In this document: positions 49,361 to 62,854 of the stretch, one piece after another
Numbering within the stretch: the first letter of the stretch is position 1
Layout: each line of letters starts with the position of its first letter
NCBI GenBank assembly: GCA_013265495.1
Contig: MU058198.1
Location: 2,616,419-2,680,418, forward strand
Direction of reading: 5' to 3'
Length of the DNA: 64,000 nucleotides
DNA from: Vicugna vicugna
Taxonomy: Eukaryota
The notes under the pieces: generated by a model
The model's input: only the letters and a program-made list of their open reading frames with translations
What the model was told of the DNA's origin: nothing
Databases searched by the model: none
Program-made: the position numbers and the translations under genes

Positions 49361-52300
49361 ACTGATCAGCAGGGACCGAAGGTCTTCATCTGGTTTAAGG
49401 CGCTTTGACCTCCTGACACACGGATGCTGATAAGAGCAATGGCTCCTTCTAATGTCCAGCATGGAACATCTGGGATCAGTAAAGAACTTTTGTCCTATAA
49501 CAACCATTCTAAAAGAAGCAAGGATGGTATTTGTTACCAGATAATGATGTGAATAGAAAAAGATATTAAAGATGGGAGAAGACTATAAAAGTGATACCCA
49601 CTGGGACAGGCAGGCAGATGAATGATTTCTTCCCCTTAAGATGGAGGAGTATTTCCTACCCTCATCCTGTTTAAGCCTCTGATAACAGGCTCCGCATCTT
49701 CCATGGCACTAACCCTGCATAGACAGTTCTGGCAATAACCAGGGAAGAGGATCACTTTGCAAATAACACATTTCAGTACCAATAGCAATAAATATCCTTG
49801 AAAGTCTTCACAAACTAGGCAGTAGGCTAGGTAGCGTGGGGACCAAAAAAAAAATCTGCCAAATTTTATGTCTTCAGAGTGCTTACAAAGCAGTCAGGCT
49901 GACAGAACAGAATAATAAGAAATATTAAGAAACAGAGGCCAAGTATAAAGTTAGCGGTAAGAATGGAGCTGACACAGGTCTTCAGGAAGAAGCAACCACA
50001 CTCAAGTGTGTGACATCATCAGACAGAGAGTCCTGGGTGGGGATCTCTTTTCAGCAGCTTACATCCGGGCAAAATGCAAATAAGAGTAAAGAAGTTCTCT
50101 GCAGCACCATTTGCTTAAAAAAATTTAAAATAATTTTTAGAATTTGGGTAAGCCTGTGAAAGTGAGTCCTTTATGTAAATGTCATTTGACACATGAGTTG
50201 TGACCACAATAAAAACTGCAAACCAGTGTCCTAAAATTCTTCCAGCACGATAGTCATTGTGTAATTCTGATTGGTGCCAAAGCCATGCTTAAAAAAAAAA
50301 AAGAATATAAAATTGGGGGGCAAACTAGATATTGCTAAAAATTAACGATTTGCCTAGCTTGCGAACTGCCCAATCAAAGTGGACACTGGCCTTAGAGGGG
50401 ACCTGGAAGCTCCCAGCTGTCCATGGTATTAACCCTTCACCTGCTTAATCATGGGTAGATTGAGGAAGATTCTTGTCAGGGCTTGGGAGGGTGGCTTCTC
50501 CTAGCCAACACAGAAGTATTCCATTATTTTAACAATCCTTACTGCTGCACTTGTGCATCCTGGCCAAACATCAACCCCGTATAGTATCATTATACAAAAT
50601 GAAAACACTGCTGACAAAGTAGACTCTCGCTCTGTTCCCACCTCTCAGAAATGACTACCACTAACAATTTAGGGTATATCTTTCCAGACTTTAAATGTCT
50701 TCTGTGCAAACATAAACAAGGTCATACTATGCATTGTGTACCACACAACTGTTCTTTTCCCCCCTCTGGAAAAAGAGTATGTTGTGAATATTATGCCATA
50801 TGAGCACACAAAGAATTACCTACACTCTTGCTTTTATCTCCTAATGAGAAGTTGAGGACCTGAATCAATACCATTACTGTTTTTAGGGACTGCCAAGCTG
50901 CAGCCTGACACTGACACAGCATTTTAAGTGCATGCTGTTCTTTGGTGTTGCTGGAAATTACATCAAGGTTCCCCTCCTGCAGCCACTCCCCACCTGCCGT
51001 TACCATTCCTGGTTGTTTTTCTGGTCTCTCTCATTCCATACCCTGCTGGGCTCACGCTGGTCTTGACCTCCAATGTGAACTTAAGTCTTTGGAAGGATCC
51101 ACTGTGCACCATTAATTTCTTAGTCAGTTTCTTGTAACTTTCTCTCTCTTTTTGTGTTCCTCATCCTAGTGTTCTTTCTTCTGTACCCGTCAGATGCTGG
51201 AAGGACCTGCATGGATTCCTTGCCCCTACTTCTCCATTGGCCAGTCTCATGGCCTCTCCCTCAGGAGTCAGATGGTGGAAGAATTTAAATTCAAGACTGT
51301 GCTGCCTAGGGTCCAAGCTGTAAGTAAGGGGGGTAGATTGACCTACTGTATGTTCCCGAGGGACTCTTGTGCAACTTCCTGATATCCAGTGAGCTTATTC
51401 AAAGTTTATTTCTCTTGCAGATTTTGTTTCATGAGGGCAGAAGCTGCATCTTTCTTGTTCACCGTGGTATCACCCATAACCAGTCCTGGCACATCAGGTG
51501 TTGAGTAAACATTTGAATAAACAGCCAGGTGGAAAAGGACCCAGACTGGGTGAGAACTGAGCTGAATGCCCAAGGACTCAGGTTCCTGATTGTCCACAGG
51601 CTGAAGTGACCTGAGAGGCAAGAGTGACAAGTCACCAGCAGCTGCACGCTGCCAAGGAAAGGCCCGCAGTTGTTCCGATGCTTCTAGATGTTGCTCGTAG
51701 GCTGTGTCAGATGGAGCTGCCAGCCAGAACCTGCCATGTCTGGAGACCTTGGGGGAAGGAGCAGATCTCGAGCTGCGGCAGATGGTAAGTGCTGTCTTCA
51801 GTCTTTAACATTTAAGGAAAAGAACTGGGAATAGACACTCGGCTCAGTGGCAGTTACGATGCATTTAAATAAGCTTTGCAAATCATTTACAGAAATGCAG
51901 ATGCCTCCAACATTCTTAATTGCCCGTGGATTTGGTGGGAGCTTCCTCTAGTCCACCTTTCTATCCTCAGTGTCTAGTATAGAGTGCGGGGTGGGGTGAG
52001 CCCCTGCACACTGGGTGCTGGGGAGTGGGGGGCTGCCTGCTGAAAAAAATGCACATCCGGGGACTTAATGGCATTAACTGGCTGTGAGCAACTGATCATC
52101 TTCCCAGGGGAATCCCACCCACTAAGTGCAAAGACTGTCTCATGCCTCTTTATAGCCCCACAAGTGACTCAGTTTCTTGTTCTCTCCAAGCCAATCTTGG
52201 GGCAGATATGTAGATGTGACCTGTCCTATCATATTTTCCTGGAGAACAAAGATTTCTGAATAAGGGAAGTAGTGCTCGGGGAGCTATTTTTTCTGTTGGC

Positions 52301-52449
52301 TTCCACTCCCAAATGGAAACATGAACACCTACTTCATAATGTTGTTGTCAAGACTGAGTAAAATCACATGTGTGAAACGGCCCAGCTCACTCCTGACACG
52401 GGAGGTAGTCGTAAAGCTGTAGACTTGAAGGAGCAGGGCGTCTGGTGAT

Positions 52450-52685
52450 TATGGACCTTGTGGTCATGGCGCCCTGACTGTAAATCCACTCTGTCACTTA
52501 CTAGCTTTGAGACCTTGACAACTAACTTAACTTTTCTGAACCTCAGTATCCTGATGGAGAAAATGGAGCTAAATCACAGTGTCTGAGTCACAGAGTTGAT
52601 GTAGGATTAAATGCAATAATGCATAGAAAGTGGCCATAGAGTCAGAGCTCAATAAAAAGATAATACTTATCAATGTCACCATTGT
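52450..52685 (+). mobile_element. MIR SINE
   Basis: ctctgtcacttactagctttgagaccttgacaactaacttaacttttctgaacctcagt. Confidence 0.8.
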
Positions 52686-52779
52686 TGTTGGACAGGGGGT
52701 GGTAAATGGGGGTATCTTGGCTGTTTGACATTATCTGGGAAAGTCTGGGGTGGATGGGTGTATATAGACGCTCCTGGTT

Positions 52780-53760
52780 CTGGAAGCAGTTGTTCAACCT
52801 AAAAAGCTTGGAATTGTTCTGGACTCTTCCCTCCTTCTTCCTCCCTACAACCAGTCCATCAGGTGTTCCTGTTGGCTCTACCTTCAAAATATAGCTAAAA
52901 TCTAGCAACTTCTTACCTCCTCCTTTGCTACCACTCTTGTCTGAGCCACCATCTCCTCGCTCCTGGACACCGCCACAGCCTCCCAGCTGGGCTTCCTGCT
53001 TCCACCCTCCCCCTGCCCCAGTCTTTTCTCAAAGCAGCAGCCAGAGGGAGATAAATACGTACGTCAGTTCATGTCTCTTCTCTGCTCAGAACCCTCCCCT
53101 GATTCTCCATCTCCCCCAGAGCAAAAGCCAAAGTCATTCCAATGACCCGTGAAGCCCCTAGGTCTCTCCCTATGTGATCGACTCCCTCCCCTGTTCCTCT
53201 CTCGCCTCACCTCCTACCACTCCCCTTCCCTCATTCCATTCCACCCATTTTTTTAAAATAAATTTTCTTTTTTTAAATAATGACAGTTACAAAGAAATTT
53301 TTTTAAAAATGGCGGTACTGGGAATTGAACCCAGGACCTCGTGCATGTGAAGCATGCACTCTACCACTGAGCTATACCTCAGGGGCACTTTGCATGGGCT
53401 GTTCCTTCTTCCTGCAGTTCTCTTCCAGTTCATTCTCTCCTGTCCTTTAAGTCCCCGCTCAGAGGGCCCCCTCTCCATGAGAACTTCCTTGACCACCTGT
53501 CTAAATCAATAGGCAGGCCCCTGCAATTTTCAGTTCCCCTTCCTGCTGGGCCTTTTTTTTTTCCTTAACACATATCCCACCTAACATGCCATATACCTAC
53601 TTACATGTTATATTTATTGCATGTTGTCAGTCTCCTCCTGCTAGAATATAAGCTCCTTAAGGACCTTTGTTTTGTTCATGGGTTTACTTCCAGTGCCTAG
53701 AACAGCCCCTGGAACACAGTAGGCATTCAATCCATGTTTGTAAAAGGAAAGAATGAACCA
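52780..53760 (+). mobile_element. L2 LINE 3' region, interrupted by a SINE
   Basis: ggctctaccttcaaaatatag...cagcagccagaggga...ctagaatataagctcc...cagtgcctagaacag. Confidence 0.85.
53249..53380 (-). mobile_element. Vic-1-like camelid SINE
   Basis: ggtactgggaattgaacccaggacctcgtgcatgtgaagcatgcactctaccactgagctatacc. Confidence 0.85.
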
Positions 53761-53809
53761 GAGGGAAAGAACAACTTTAAAGATCAAGAGACAACTTATA
53801 AATGAGAAA

Positions 53810-54085
53810 TCACAGGGCCTGCAAGGTATTTAAACATTAAAAAAATTGCTATCAACTTAAAAATCTGGCTTTATTTTTCAGATCACAATTCAGATTAAAA
53901 AATTCTAGCAAACAATAAGACGATCTGGTAACAAGGGCCCTGCATTCTGTAATGGAATCTAGGGGCAGAGTGGAGAAATGGTTGCCCTCTCTGGCTCAGC
54001 CAGACCCTCTCCAGTTTGCCCTGGTTCCAACATCACCCATTTTCTTCACTCAGGTTACCTTCCTGGACCCCGGAGGAGTCTGGAT
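53810..54085 (-). mobile_element. MER102-like hAT element
   Basis: gatctggtaacaagggccctgcattc...ctctccagtttgcc; reverse-orientation relative of the 5620-5950 element. Confidence 0.5.
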
Positions 54086-55479
54086 TTGTTTCCTTTGATT
54101 CGAGTTGCTCACTGCTAGAATGTCTGTGTTCTCATCTCTAGGGTGGGAGTTCCATTTCTGTGGGCTGGGTCTCCCCTCTTCTATTTATGTTTTAAGTAAT
54201 TAGATACCGGAGTGATTGACCATGGAAGATCAGTTCTCCATCACTCCTGAACACATAAAATATTCGTGAATACACGAAATTAAAATGTTACCGTGCTGGG
54301 AACATCGATCAGCAGGGTGATGTTTACGTAGCATTGTTAATTGGATTTCTACAAGGAGCTGTTCCGTGGGCTGGGGTCTATCTGATGAAATGTGGCTGTG
54401 ACAGCAGCTTGGCAATGACTCGGGGTGGCTTTGTGGTCAGGGAACTGGGCAGCCATCTGACCAACAGGCTGGGGAGAGGGAGGAGGGTTGAAGAGATCGC
54501 TGGGAGCTCTCGTGGTCCAAACTTCTTATCGGTGAGCTGTATGGAGTACTCCATCTCTCAGATTTATCAACAATTTTAATGAATGTCGTGTTTGAGATAA
54601 TGACCCGTATCTGGGCTGGCACAAAGCCCTGAAAATACTTCTACGAATTGTGTTTTTTATCTCAAGGACTGCAGCGTGCGGCATCCAACATTACCATCGA
54701 TATCATCTATTGAGAACTCTTTCCTGGGTTCTTTATTAAGGTTTAATTAAATTTTATGTGTTATCAATTAGGATTAATCTACTTTTAGTCTGAATTAGAG
54801 GGAGCCAATTATAAATAACACCACTTCTCATTTATTCCTGAATACAAAATGAAGGTTCTTAAACTTCCTTTGGAAAAAAATCCACAACCCTGCTGAACCA
54901 AATGTGCACTTTAAAGAGTTTTATGCCCAAGAGGCTAAAGAGTTCTATTAAAATAAACTGGAAAGATGAGAATTCCTGTAGAAAGGTGTTAGAGACAGAA
55001 AATGGGGGTATTGAGGGGAAGAAGAGGTAGCCCAAATTGTGAATAAAGCTGACATCTGGGAGGAGTTCCAAGAAACTTGTATTTGCTGTTTTCATACTTT
55101 TAGAAAAATACAGGGATCACATGTATTGCAACATTTTGTTACTAATAGACGTTTTGCTATAGTTCCCGGAATCCTTTAGACGCAAGCAATCTAAAGAATA
55201 ATCCACCTTCCCACTTCTAACCATGAGTTCTGCAGAACCTCTCCCCAAGGAGGTGCAAAGGACCTTCACTGGCAGAATGATTGTACTTGGTGGGAAAACA
55301 TCGAAAGGTTTTCCTTCTGAAACTCTGTCTGGATGTAAATTTATCTAAGTGCCATTAGCCAAGATGGTGCAACCGCAACAGAGATGCAGTCATGCTGTGG
55401 ATGCTCTGGCAGAGTCAGCGACTTTCAGCTTTAAAGCGTTAACCTGGCGCAATTGCAGAGAGAAACAGAATGCTCCACA

Positions 55480-55915
55480 ATAGACCAAAGCATCTCTGCT
55501 TCTCGAAGAGGCCAGGCCAGCTGTGCTCAGTGTTTGTATTCAGTGAGACCAGTTCCGAGTAGCTCAAATATCTCCAGTTCTTTTCTTTCTGGGCACAAGT
55601 TAAAATTGTACCCCACCTCTCCCTCCACCTTGGATAAGAGCGTGAGATGTATTTGGTCAACAAAGTGCAAGAAGTGATGGGTATCAGTTCCGTGTAAGAG
55701 ACGGCACACGATTTGCCATGTTTTTTGCCTCCTGCTGCAGTAGTCATGGAAACACGGTTCTGATAGAGCACCCACTAGCCGAAGATGGGCAGGGTCCTCC
55801 CCACCAACCTGTGCTGGTCACGTAGCAGGAGCAAGAAGCAAGCTTTTACTGTGTCAGCCATTGGGATGTTGAGGGTTTCGCTATTTCAGTGTTAACATAG
55901 CTTATCCTGCCTGAC
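55480..55915 (+). mobile_element. MLT1 LTR
   Basis: gtgagatgtatttggtcaacaaagtgcaagaagtgatgggtatcagttcc...tagcttatcctgcctgaca. Confidence 0.6.
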
Positions 55916-57149
55916 AGAACCTCTGAAAGCTTTGATTTCTTCTAAGTTTTGGTATCTACCTCATTGGGTTGTTGTACGAGGGAAAAAAAGGGAAGCAATT
56001 CACAAAAAGTGTTTCACTCCACGTCTGGCACACGGCAGGTGCTTAATCAGTGTTTGTGTTTGCTATTATTGTTTGTAGTTGGGGATGCCCATGTATTAGG
56101 CCTAAGTGATCCCGTCTGTGACACTGTGATAGTAGGTTCAAGCTTTATTTAAACTCTTAACATTTCGGCATCTTGTCCTCCCATCTAACCAGAGATCCCA
56201 CATTGGTACCCTTGATTCCCCTCCGTTAGGAGAGTTTCCAGAGTAGACAAAGCTTTATGATGCACAGTCCTATTCACTTCCTCCTCTCCCTCACAGCCCT
56301 ATCTAATTATCCCATCGTATACAGTGTAAGAAAGTACAAAAATCAACCTTGTGATGACAGCCCATTAGGGAGGTGCTGTGTTTCCAGCGAGCAGCCGGAG
56401 CCCTAGCCTGGGCTGGCCTCCTGACACATCTGTGGATTCGAGGACTCCTTCCCACAAATATCCAGCAGTTGTGACTCACCTGGGACTTGTCTGACTCGGG
56501 CCTCTGCAGTTTTTTTCTGGCTGGGGTCTCATTGCAGTGCGTCCAGCCTACGTATAGGTGTAAACCAATTGAGCTGTAAAGACCTGAATTCCTTTGGTGA
56601 CCAATAACAGGTGTGCACTGTGAACTCTTCCCTGGGCTGGGTGTGACGCTGTGCCCGAGGTTGCCATGTGGAGGGAAATCGGAGGGACATTCAGGAACAA
56701 TGATGAGATAGTTCAGATATTACCTGGACCCGGAATTCACAATGTCCAGTTCTTTTGGGTGATAAGAACTTGTTCAGGAATCAGGGTGTGGTCCCAGCGT
56801 GTGCAAACTCAGAACAGTCAGGAAAGTTTTGGTTGCAAGTGAAAGAAACACAGCACAAACTAAAAAGGAAAGATACTGGCTGTCTTCACTGAGAAACTGC
56901 AGCGGCCAAACGCTTCCAGCTTCACGTCTGGCTGTATCTGGGTGTTCAGATGATGCCGCTGGCTGTTTCTCTGGTCCCACTCTGACTTGATTTTCTTTTC
57001 ACCACTGTTCCACATCGTGGCAAAGATGGCATCAACACCTCTAGGTTTCCATTTCTCTTACACCAATGATCGCAGCAAAAAGACTACTTTTTGGTAGTTC
57101 CAGGAAAAGTACTGGGGAAGGCTCCAGGGTTAATTTTTCTAATCTACAA

Positions 57150-57950
57150 AGAACTTCTGCAGGTTGAAAAGATTTTAAAATTCCAATAAAGAAATAGATG
57201 AAGGATAAGAGTAGGCAATTTTCAGAAGAGGAAATGCAAATGGCCAATAAGCACATTAAATTACGCTCCTTCTTATGGGGGAAGGAAAATGTAAATAAAA
57301 TGGTCATGTTAGGAATTCATCGGTTTGGCCCAAATTGAAATGATTCGTAATCCATGGCTTGTGATTTTATGGGGTAAATAAGGGCTCTCATAATTTGCTG
57401 GAATGAGTAAGATTACTTTAACCATTAAAAAAAAATCTGGAAGTAGTTACTGAAATTAAAAAGTATACATACTCTTCGACCCAGCCATTTCACTTTGGGT
57501 GGACAGAAATAAAAATACCAGATCGATAGAAAAACGTTTATTACAACATACCTGATTACTTGCAAAAATCTGGAGGCAGTCCGAATGTCCAATAATAGGA
57601 AATTATGCAATAAATTATATTATTTCATACCCTGGAGTTTTACACAGCTATTTAAAAACAGTATATGGAAGTAGACTTATAATCTCTTCTTAAGTAAAAA
57701 CAGCAAATTAATATAGTATGATCCCATTTTTGAAAAAAAAGACAAAAGCTATTCAAGTGACTTTTTTTTACATTTTTTGTTGAGTTATAGTCATTTTACA
57801 ATTTTGTGTCAAATTCCAGCATTCAAGTGACTTTTTAATGTATGAATGAGCCCAGGAAAACATGGAGAGAGACATACCACGTAGCTGACAGTAGTTACTC
57901 TGAAGAGAAGGGGTCTTGTGAGCACATACTGCTATTGTAGTTTGAAAAGA
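57150..57950 (+). mobile_element. Old L1 (L1ME-like) 3' region
   Basis: aggcaattttcagaagaggaaatgcaaatggccaataagcacat...cttcgacccagccatttcactt. Confidence 0.7.
57767..57820 (-). mobile_element. 54-bp young L1 3' terminus with perfect 16-bp TSD
   Basis: attcaagtgacttttt at 57751-57766 and 57821-57836 flank ...gttgagttatagtcattttacaattttgtgtcaaattccagc. Confidence 0.85.
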
Positions 57951-58659
57951 AATTCATTAAAGAATATATAAGAAAGGACAAAATGTCCCTGTGTCCCTGA
58001 AACACATTACAACAATGGACAGGTACAGAGTGGCATCCTGCATCTCAGGGAGTGCCTGTGGGGATACGCACGTCTTGTCGAGCGTCTGTTTCATGGGAAG
58101 TTGGTAGGAGCTCCTACGGGCCAGTCTTGGCTGTGACGTTTGTGCTATCACGCTCCGCCACGATGGGCTGGTGTCACATCTGTTTACTTTAGTCATGCAA
58201 GACCTTCCATCTGAAGAATGGGCACATTGGATGCATCTGACATTTCAGTAAATGTGATATATCCTGTGCCTGAAATTTGTGGGTTCTTTTGCAGAGGGGG
58301 AGAGGATGAGGTCAGGCCCTGGTTGCCATAAGGTCTTTGTTGTTCATTAGGTCTGAGCCTTGTGGTTTCATTCGTTTTTGCAAAGGCTGCTACTGTTGGT
58401 TAATGTTGTCCATAGATAACACATGGAGGCCTAATATTCAAACTGTGTAATGAACTAAAGGGCAGAGGACTTTTGACTCTGCTTGTGTTCCCTTTCATTT
58501 CATTTTGAGACATAACTAGGAGTCGACATTATTCTTTGGTATTTATGTTTGTGTCATGACCAGTCAGCACATCCATCTAGCAAGTGTTGCTGGCGTGTCA
58601 GGCACTGTGCTAGGCACGTCATTGGCCTTGTGATCTGTGTTTTTCACATTAATACTGAA

Positions 58660-61600
58660 CAGCTATTACTGAAATGGGGCAGAGGGGGAAGAACAATCTC
58701 CTAGGTAATTACTGAGTCAAAGGAGAAATAAAATATACAGTCAAAGACCATTTAGAGAGTAATGAGAATGTGAATAATACATATGAAAACTTACAGGATG
58801 TAGCCAAAGCCCTTAATTTGCTTTTTATTGTTGAAAATAAAAATGAATGAAGGTAGCTTTAAAATTGAGAAGTATGAAAATGAGCCCCAAAATTTAAGGA
58901 AGTAAGGAAAAATAAATCTTTTCAAGAACAAAGCAGAAATCCATGGATTTGAAAACACGCAAGCTCAAGGATAAATGCATCCAAGAGGTGACTCTTGGAA
59001 GAAAACCAATAATATAGATAAAACCTCTGGCAAGATGACTCAAGAAGTGGAAAAACAAAACAAGTAAAATTAAAAATGATGAGGGAGTCTAAATGGTACA
59101 TGAGAGACTTAAAAACCAAGACATTACTATGTACAGCTCTTTGTAAAGAAATGAAAAAAATCTCAGTGATGCAGATTCTTCTGTGAAATGTGAATGACAA
59201 AAATTTGATTCATGAGAAAGTAATGTCTAAAAGGGGAAAATTATATAAAGATAAAAAAGTTAAAGTGTTACTAAAAGGTAGCTCTAAAATAAACTCCTTG
59301 AACAGAAATTTTTCTAATGTGTTTCTTTCACATTTCCAGTAACAGGTTATTTCTACACTGGACGAACCGTTCCAGATTATTAAAAAGCATAGAAACTCTC
59401 TAGTTCATTTTATGAAGATAGAACAACCCTGAAATCCAATCTTGAAAAATATAGTGGGGGGGGGGGAGGAAGAGAGAGACCAGAAGACCAAGGCACTAGA
59501 TGAAAAACTATAAATAAAATAATAGCAAACAGAATTCAATAATACATTCATAGAATCATTCACCATGACCAAGTTGGATTTAGCCCGGAATGCACAGACT
59601 TTTGTTTTTCAGGTCATTTTATTTAAAAAGAAATTAAAATCAAATCATAGAGATTAGCTGAGGTGTCCTTTCTCCTGCCCCTCCAGGACTCTGTCCCCTC
59701 TCTCCCTTCCTTCCTCCCTCTTTCCATTCCCCACCCCTTGCAAACGCCAGTAAAAGATAACATCTATCTTGAAGTTGGCATTTATCCTCCAATCTGTGTT
59801 TGGTATCTCTACAACTGTTGGAAGTGTCCCTAAATATTTAGCTACGTATTATTTTGTAGTCCTCAGAATTTCATAGCTGGTTTTATTCTAAATGTGTCCC
59901 TCTGGAACTTGCTTTGATTCTCTTAGCATTATGTTCTTGAGATTTATCTAGGTTGATACAAGCAGATCCAGCTCATTCATTGTGTAAACGCACTATGTTC
60001 TATTTATCTACTATTTTTTTATATAGACATACATATATGTCTTTTTGAGGAAGACTAATCTGTTTTTTTATTTGTGTGAAAATCTCTATCTGTGGCCAGA
60101 TACTCCCCTACTTCACTTGCGAGATTCATGTCTTTTTTACTCTCTCAATGGACACCCTTTTTCAGGAGTAGTGACCCATTTACTCTGCAAGAATATCCCC
60201 TAATTCTCTCACAAGGGTTTTTCCACATCTCGCGAGATTTGCTCGTGTTCTCGTGAGACTAGCCCATGTTTATAATAGCCTATTTTATAATAGGTGGCTA
60301 TTGTAACCAATGTTACAACAAAGTGTATACCTTTCCCTGCTTCCCTGTGTGAATAAGTAGTTTTCTCTCCTGTCAGCAGGGTCTGAGCTCTGTCTTCCAT
60401 ATCCTGGCTAACCCTTTTGTGGGATGGGATTTTATTCCTGTTTTAATTTGCATCTGTCCAGATTATTAGCAAGGTGGAGATTTTTCCAATGTTCATTGAT
60501 CAGAAGTGTATTCTTTTTTTTTTTCTGAATTGTCTGTTTATATCCTTTGTCTAACTTATACTAAATTAAACAAACATCTTTTTTCCTACTGATTTGGAGG
60601 ATTTCTTTATGCATTCTAAATGCTGATCCAGAACTATTTAACAACAGGAAAACCATTAACATTACATAATAGGTAACATCACAGCAATAGGTAAAAAAAA
60701 AAATACCTTATATGGTATGTCGATAGAGGTCAAAAACACATTTCCAATAGAAATTGAGAATTATTCTTGATAAAAAGCTCATTGAAAACTCAGGAATAAA
60801 AGCATGATAAAAGCATTTCGTTTAAATAAGATGCACATCAGATTTGCTGATGAAACATTAGATGCATTCTCATTAGAGATAACGATGCTTACTGTTAGGG
60901 GCTGAGTAGCATCCTTCCAAATTCATATGTTGACGTTGTAAGCCCCAGTACCTCAGAATGTGATTGTACTTGGAGATTCAGTCTTTAAAGAGGTAATTAT
61001 GTTAAAATGAGGTCACTAGGATCGGTCCTATATGACTGATGTTCTTATAAGAAGGGGAAATTAGGACACAGACGGGTGACTCCGTGAAGACACAGAGAGA
61101 AGACAGCCCTCTACAAGCCAAAGAAAGAGACCTGGACCAGATCCTTCATCACGGTCTTTGGAAGAAACCAACCCTGCTGACACCTTGATCTTGGACTGGT
61201 AGCCTCCAGAATTGTGAGAAAATTAATCTCTGTTGTTCAAGCCACCCAGTCTGTGGTGCTTTGTTATGGCACCAAGCAAACGAACACACTCACCTTTACC
61301 AATATTACATGAGTGTGTTGTGATATTTTTGACCAGTGACCATGCGGCTTAACAGAGAATTGAGACCCAACCATGAGAAAGAAAGAGACCAGTGCATCAT
61401 TTTTAAATTATATATAATAAGAACGAGAAAAACCTCAGTAGGACTGTTCAGGAATGCGGTTGATATCAGATAAACACCTAAAACTCAAAAACCAGTTAGA
61501 AAAAAAAAAGCCAATTATTAAATGTCTTATTTGCAACAGCAACAAAAAATAAAATAACCAGACTGTTTGTAACAGAAGTTGTGCATGAAGAAAACAATAA

Positions 61601-61980
61601 AAATTTATTGAGCAATACATATGGTTAAAATAAATAAAGAAATGTATTAATTGCTTGTGTGGGAACCTAAAGCATTTAGAGATTTAAATTCTTCCAAAAT
61701 TAGCTTATGGACTTAACCCGTGGAATGTACATTTTTTTAGTAGCTTAATAAAGAAATTCTATGGTTCAATTAGGACAGTGTGAGAAAGGAGTCATAACGG
61801 GGGACTTGAAACACCAGGAGTAATAACTTATCACAAAGGCTTAGTAATTATACGGGATGGCATGACTCAAGAATTCAGAATCAGGTACATGGATGGATAC
61901 TTAACTGTGTATTACTTTAACAATCACCCAAAGTGGCAAGTGGAAAACAAATGATGTGAAGGGAATCTTTCAAAAATCAA
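58660..61980 (+). mobile_element. Old L1 ORF2 fossil, interrupted by an opposite-strand L1 (~59605-60630) and an MLT1B
   Basis: acatatgaaaacttacaggatgtagccaaagc; cattcaccatgaccaagttggatttagcccggaatgca; A-rich composition. Confidence 0.7.
60893..61288 (+). mobile_element. MLT1B-like LTR
   Basis: aaattcatatgttgacgttgtaagccccagtacctcagaatgtga...; flanks cttac/ctcac match at 4/5 as a TSD. Confidence 0.85.
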
Positions 61981-62631
61981 AGAGGAGTGGAAGCCAGAGT
62001 GGAGCTAGTGGAGCAAGTAGGACCAGCAAGTGTCCAGAATAGGTTGTGGGCACAGCTGCCGGCCAGTCAGAGGCATCCCCAGTGCCTGACTCTGACCCCC
62101 ATCCTCCCTGTGCATCTATTGCTGTTGGCCTTGGGGCAGGACTGCAAGATGGTCAGAATCCCTCTAGTCATCCTGTCCTTGTTTCCCCTCCCTCTGACTG
62201 TGTGGGGTTTCTGTGAGGGCCCCCCCCTCCTCTATGGGAAGGCTTCCTGTAACAGAAGTCATGCTTCAGTTCAGGTCAGGTCTTTGTGGTTGACTAGAAG
62301 GAGACATGCCTGGGGTGCGTGTTCCCCGGGTGAGTCTCTGGCTCATTCTGTCAGGGTAGGAGAGCTGGTCTTGGAGGCACAGGGCACTCTCTCCACGTCT
62401 CCACTCAACCAGAGAGCAGGCTGGGGAGGAAGGATGGCAGGGGTCTTACCAGGCCAACCATGGGAGTAGGAGGCATCTGGGAAGTGGGAGGAACCAGAGC
62501 ATCTCAATCAATAATCTGGAACTGACTGTAGCTTGTGAGTGGAATGGATGGTGTGGAAGTGGCGTGAAAGAGTGAAGGAGCACGAGGGGGAGCCACAAAG
62601 AAACGCTCCCAGTGTAATGCGTTATCTAGGA

Positions 62632-62854
62632 TAGGGACTGGCAAACTTGTTCTGTAAAGGGCCAGAGAGTAAATATTTTAGGCTCTGTGGGCCATACGGT
62701 TTCAACTGCTCAGCTCAGCTCTGTCCTTGGAGCGTGAAAGCAGACATACGAGGTAAGGAGACAAATGGGCGTGGCTGGGTTTCAATAAAACGTTATTTAC
62801 AAAAACAAGTCGTCTGTGGGGTTTTGCCCCTGGGCCATAGTTTGCAGACCCCTG
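62632..62854 (+). mobile_element. MER58A hAT element
   Basis: ggcaaacttgttctgtaaagggccagagagtaaatattttaggc...tagtttgcagacccctg. Confidence 0.88.

Noticed and set aside
61987..62469. 160-aa ORF
   Set aside because: Non-ATG start, no recognisable domain and no splice context.
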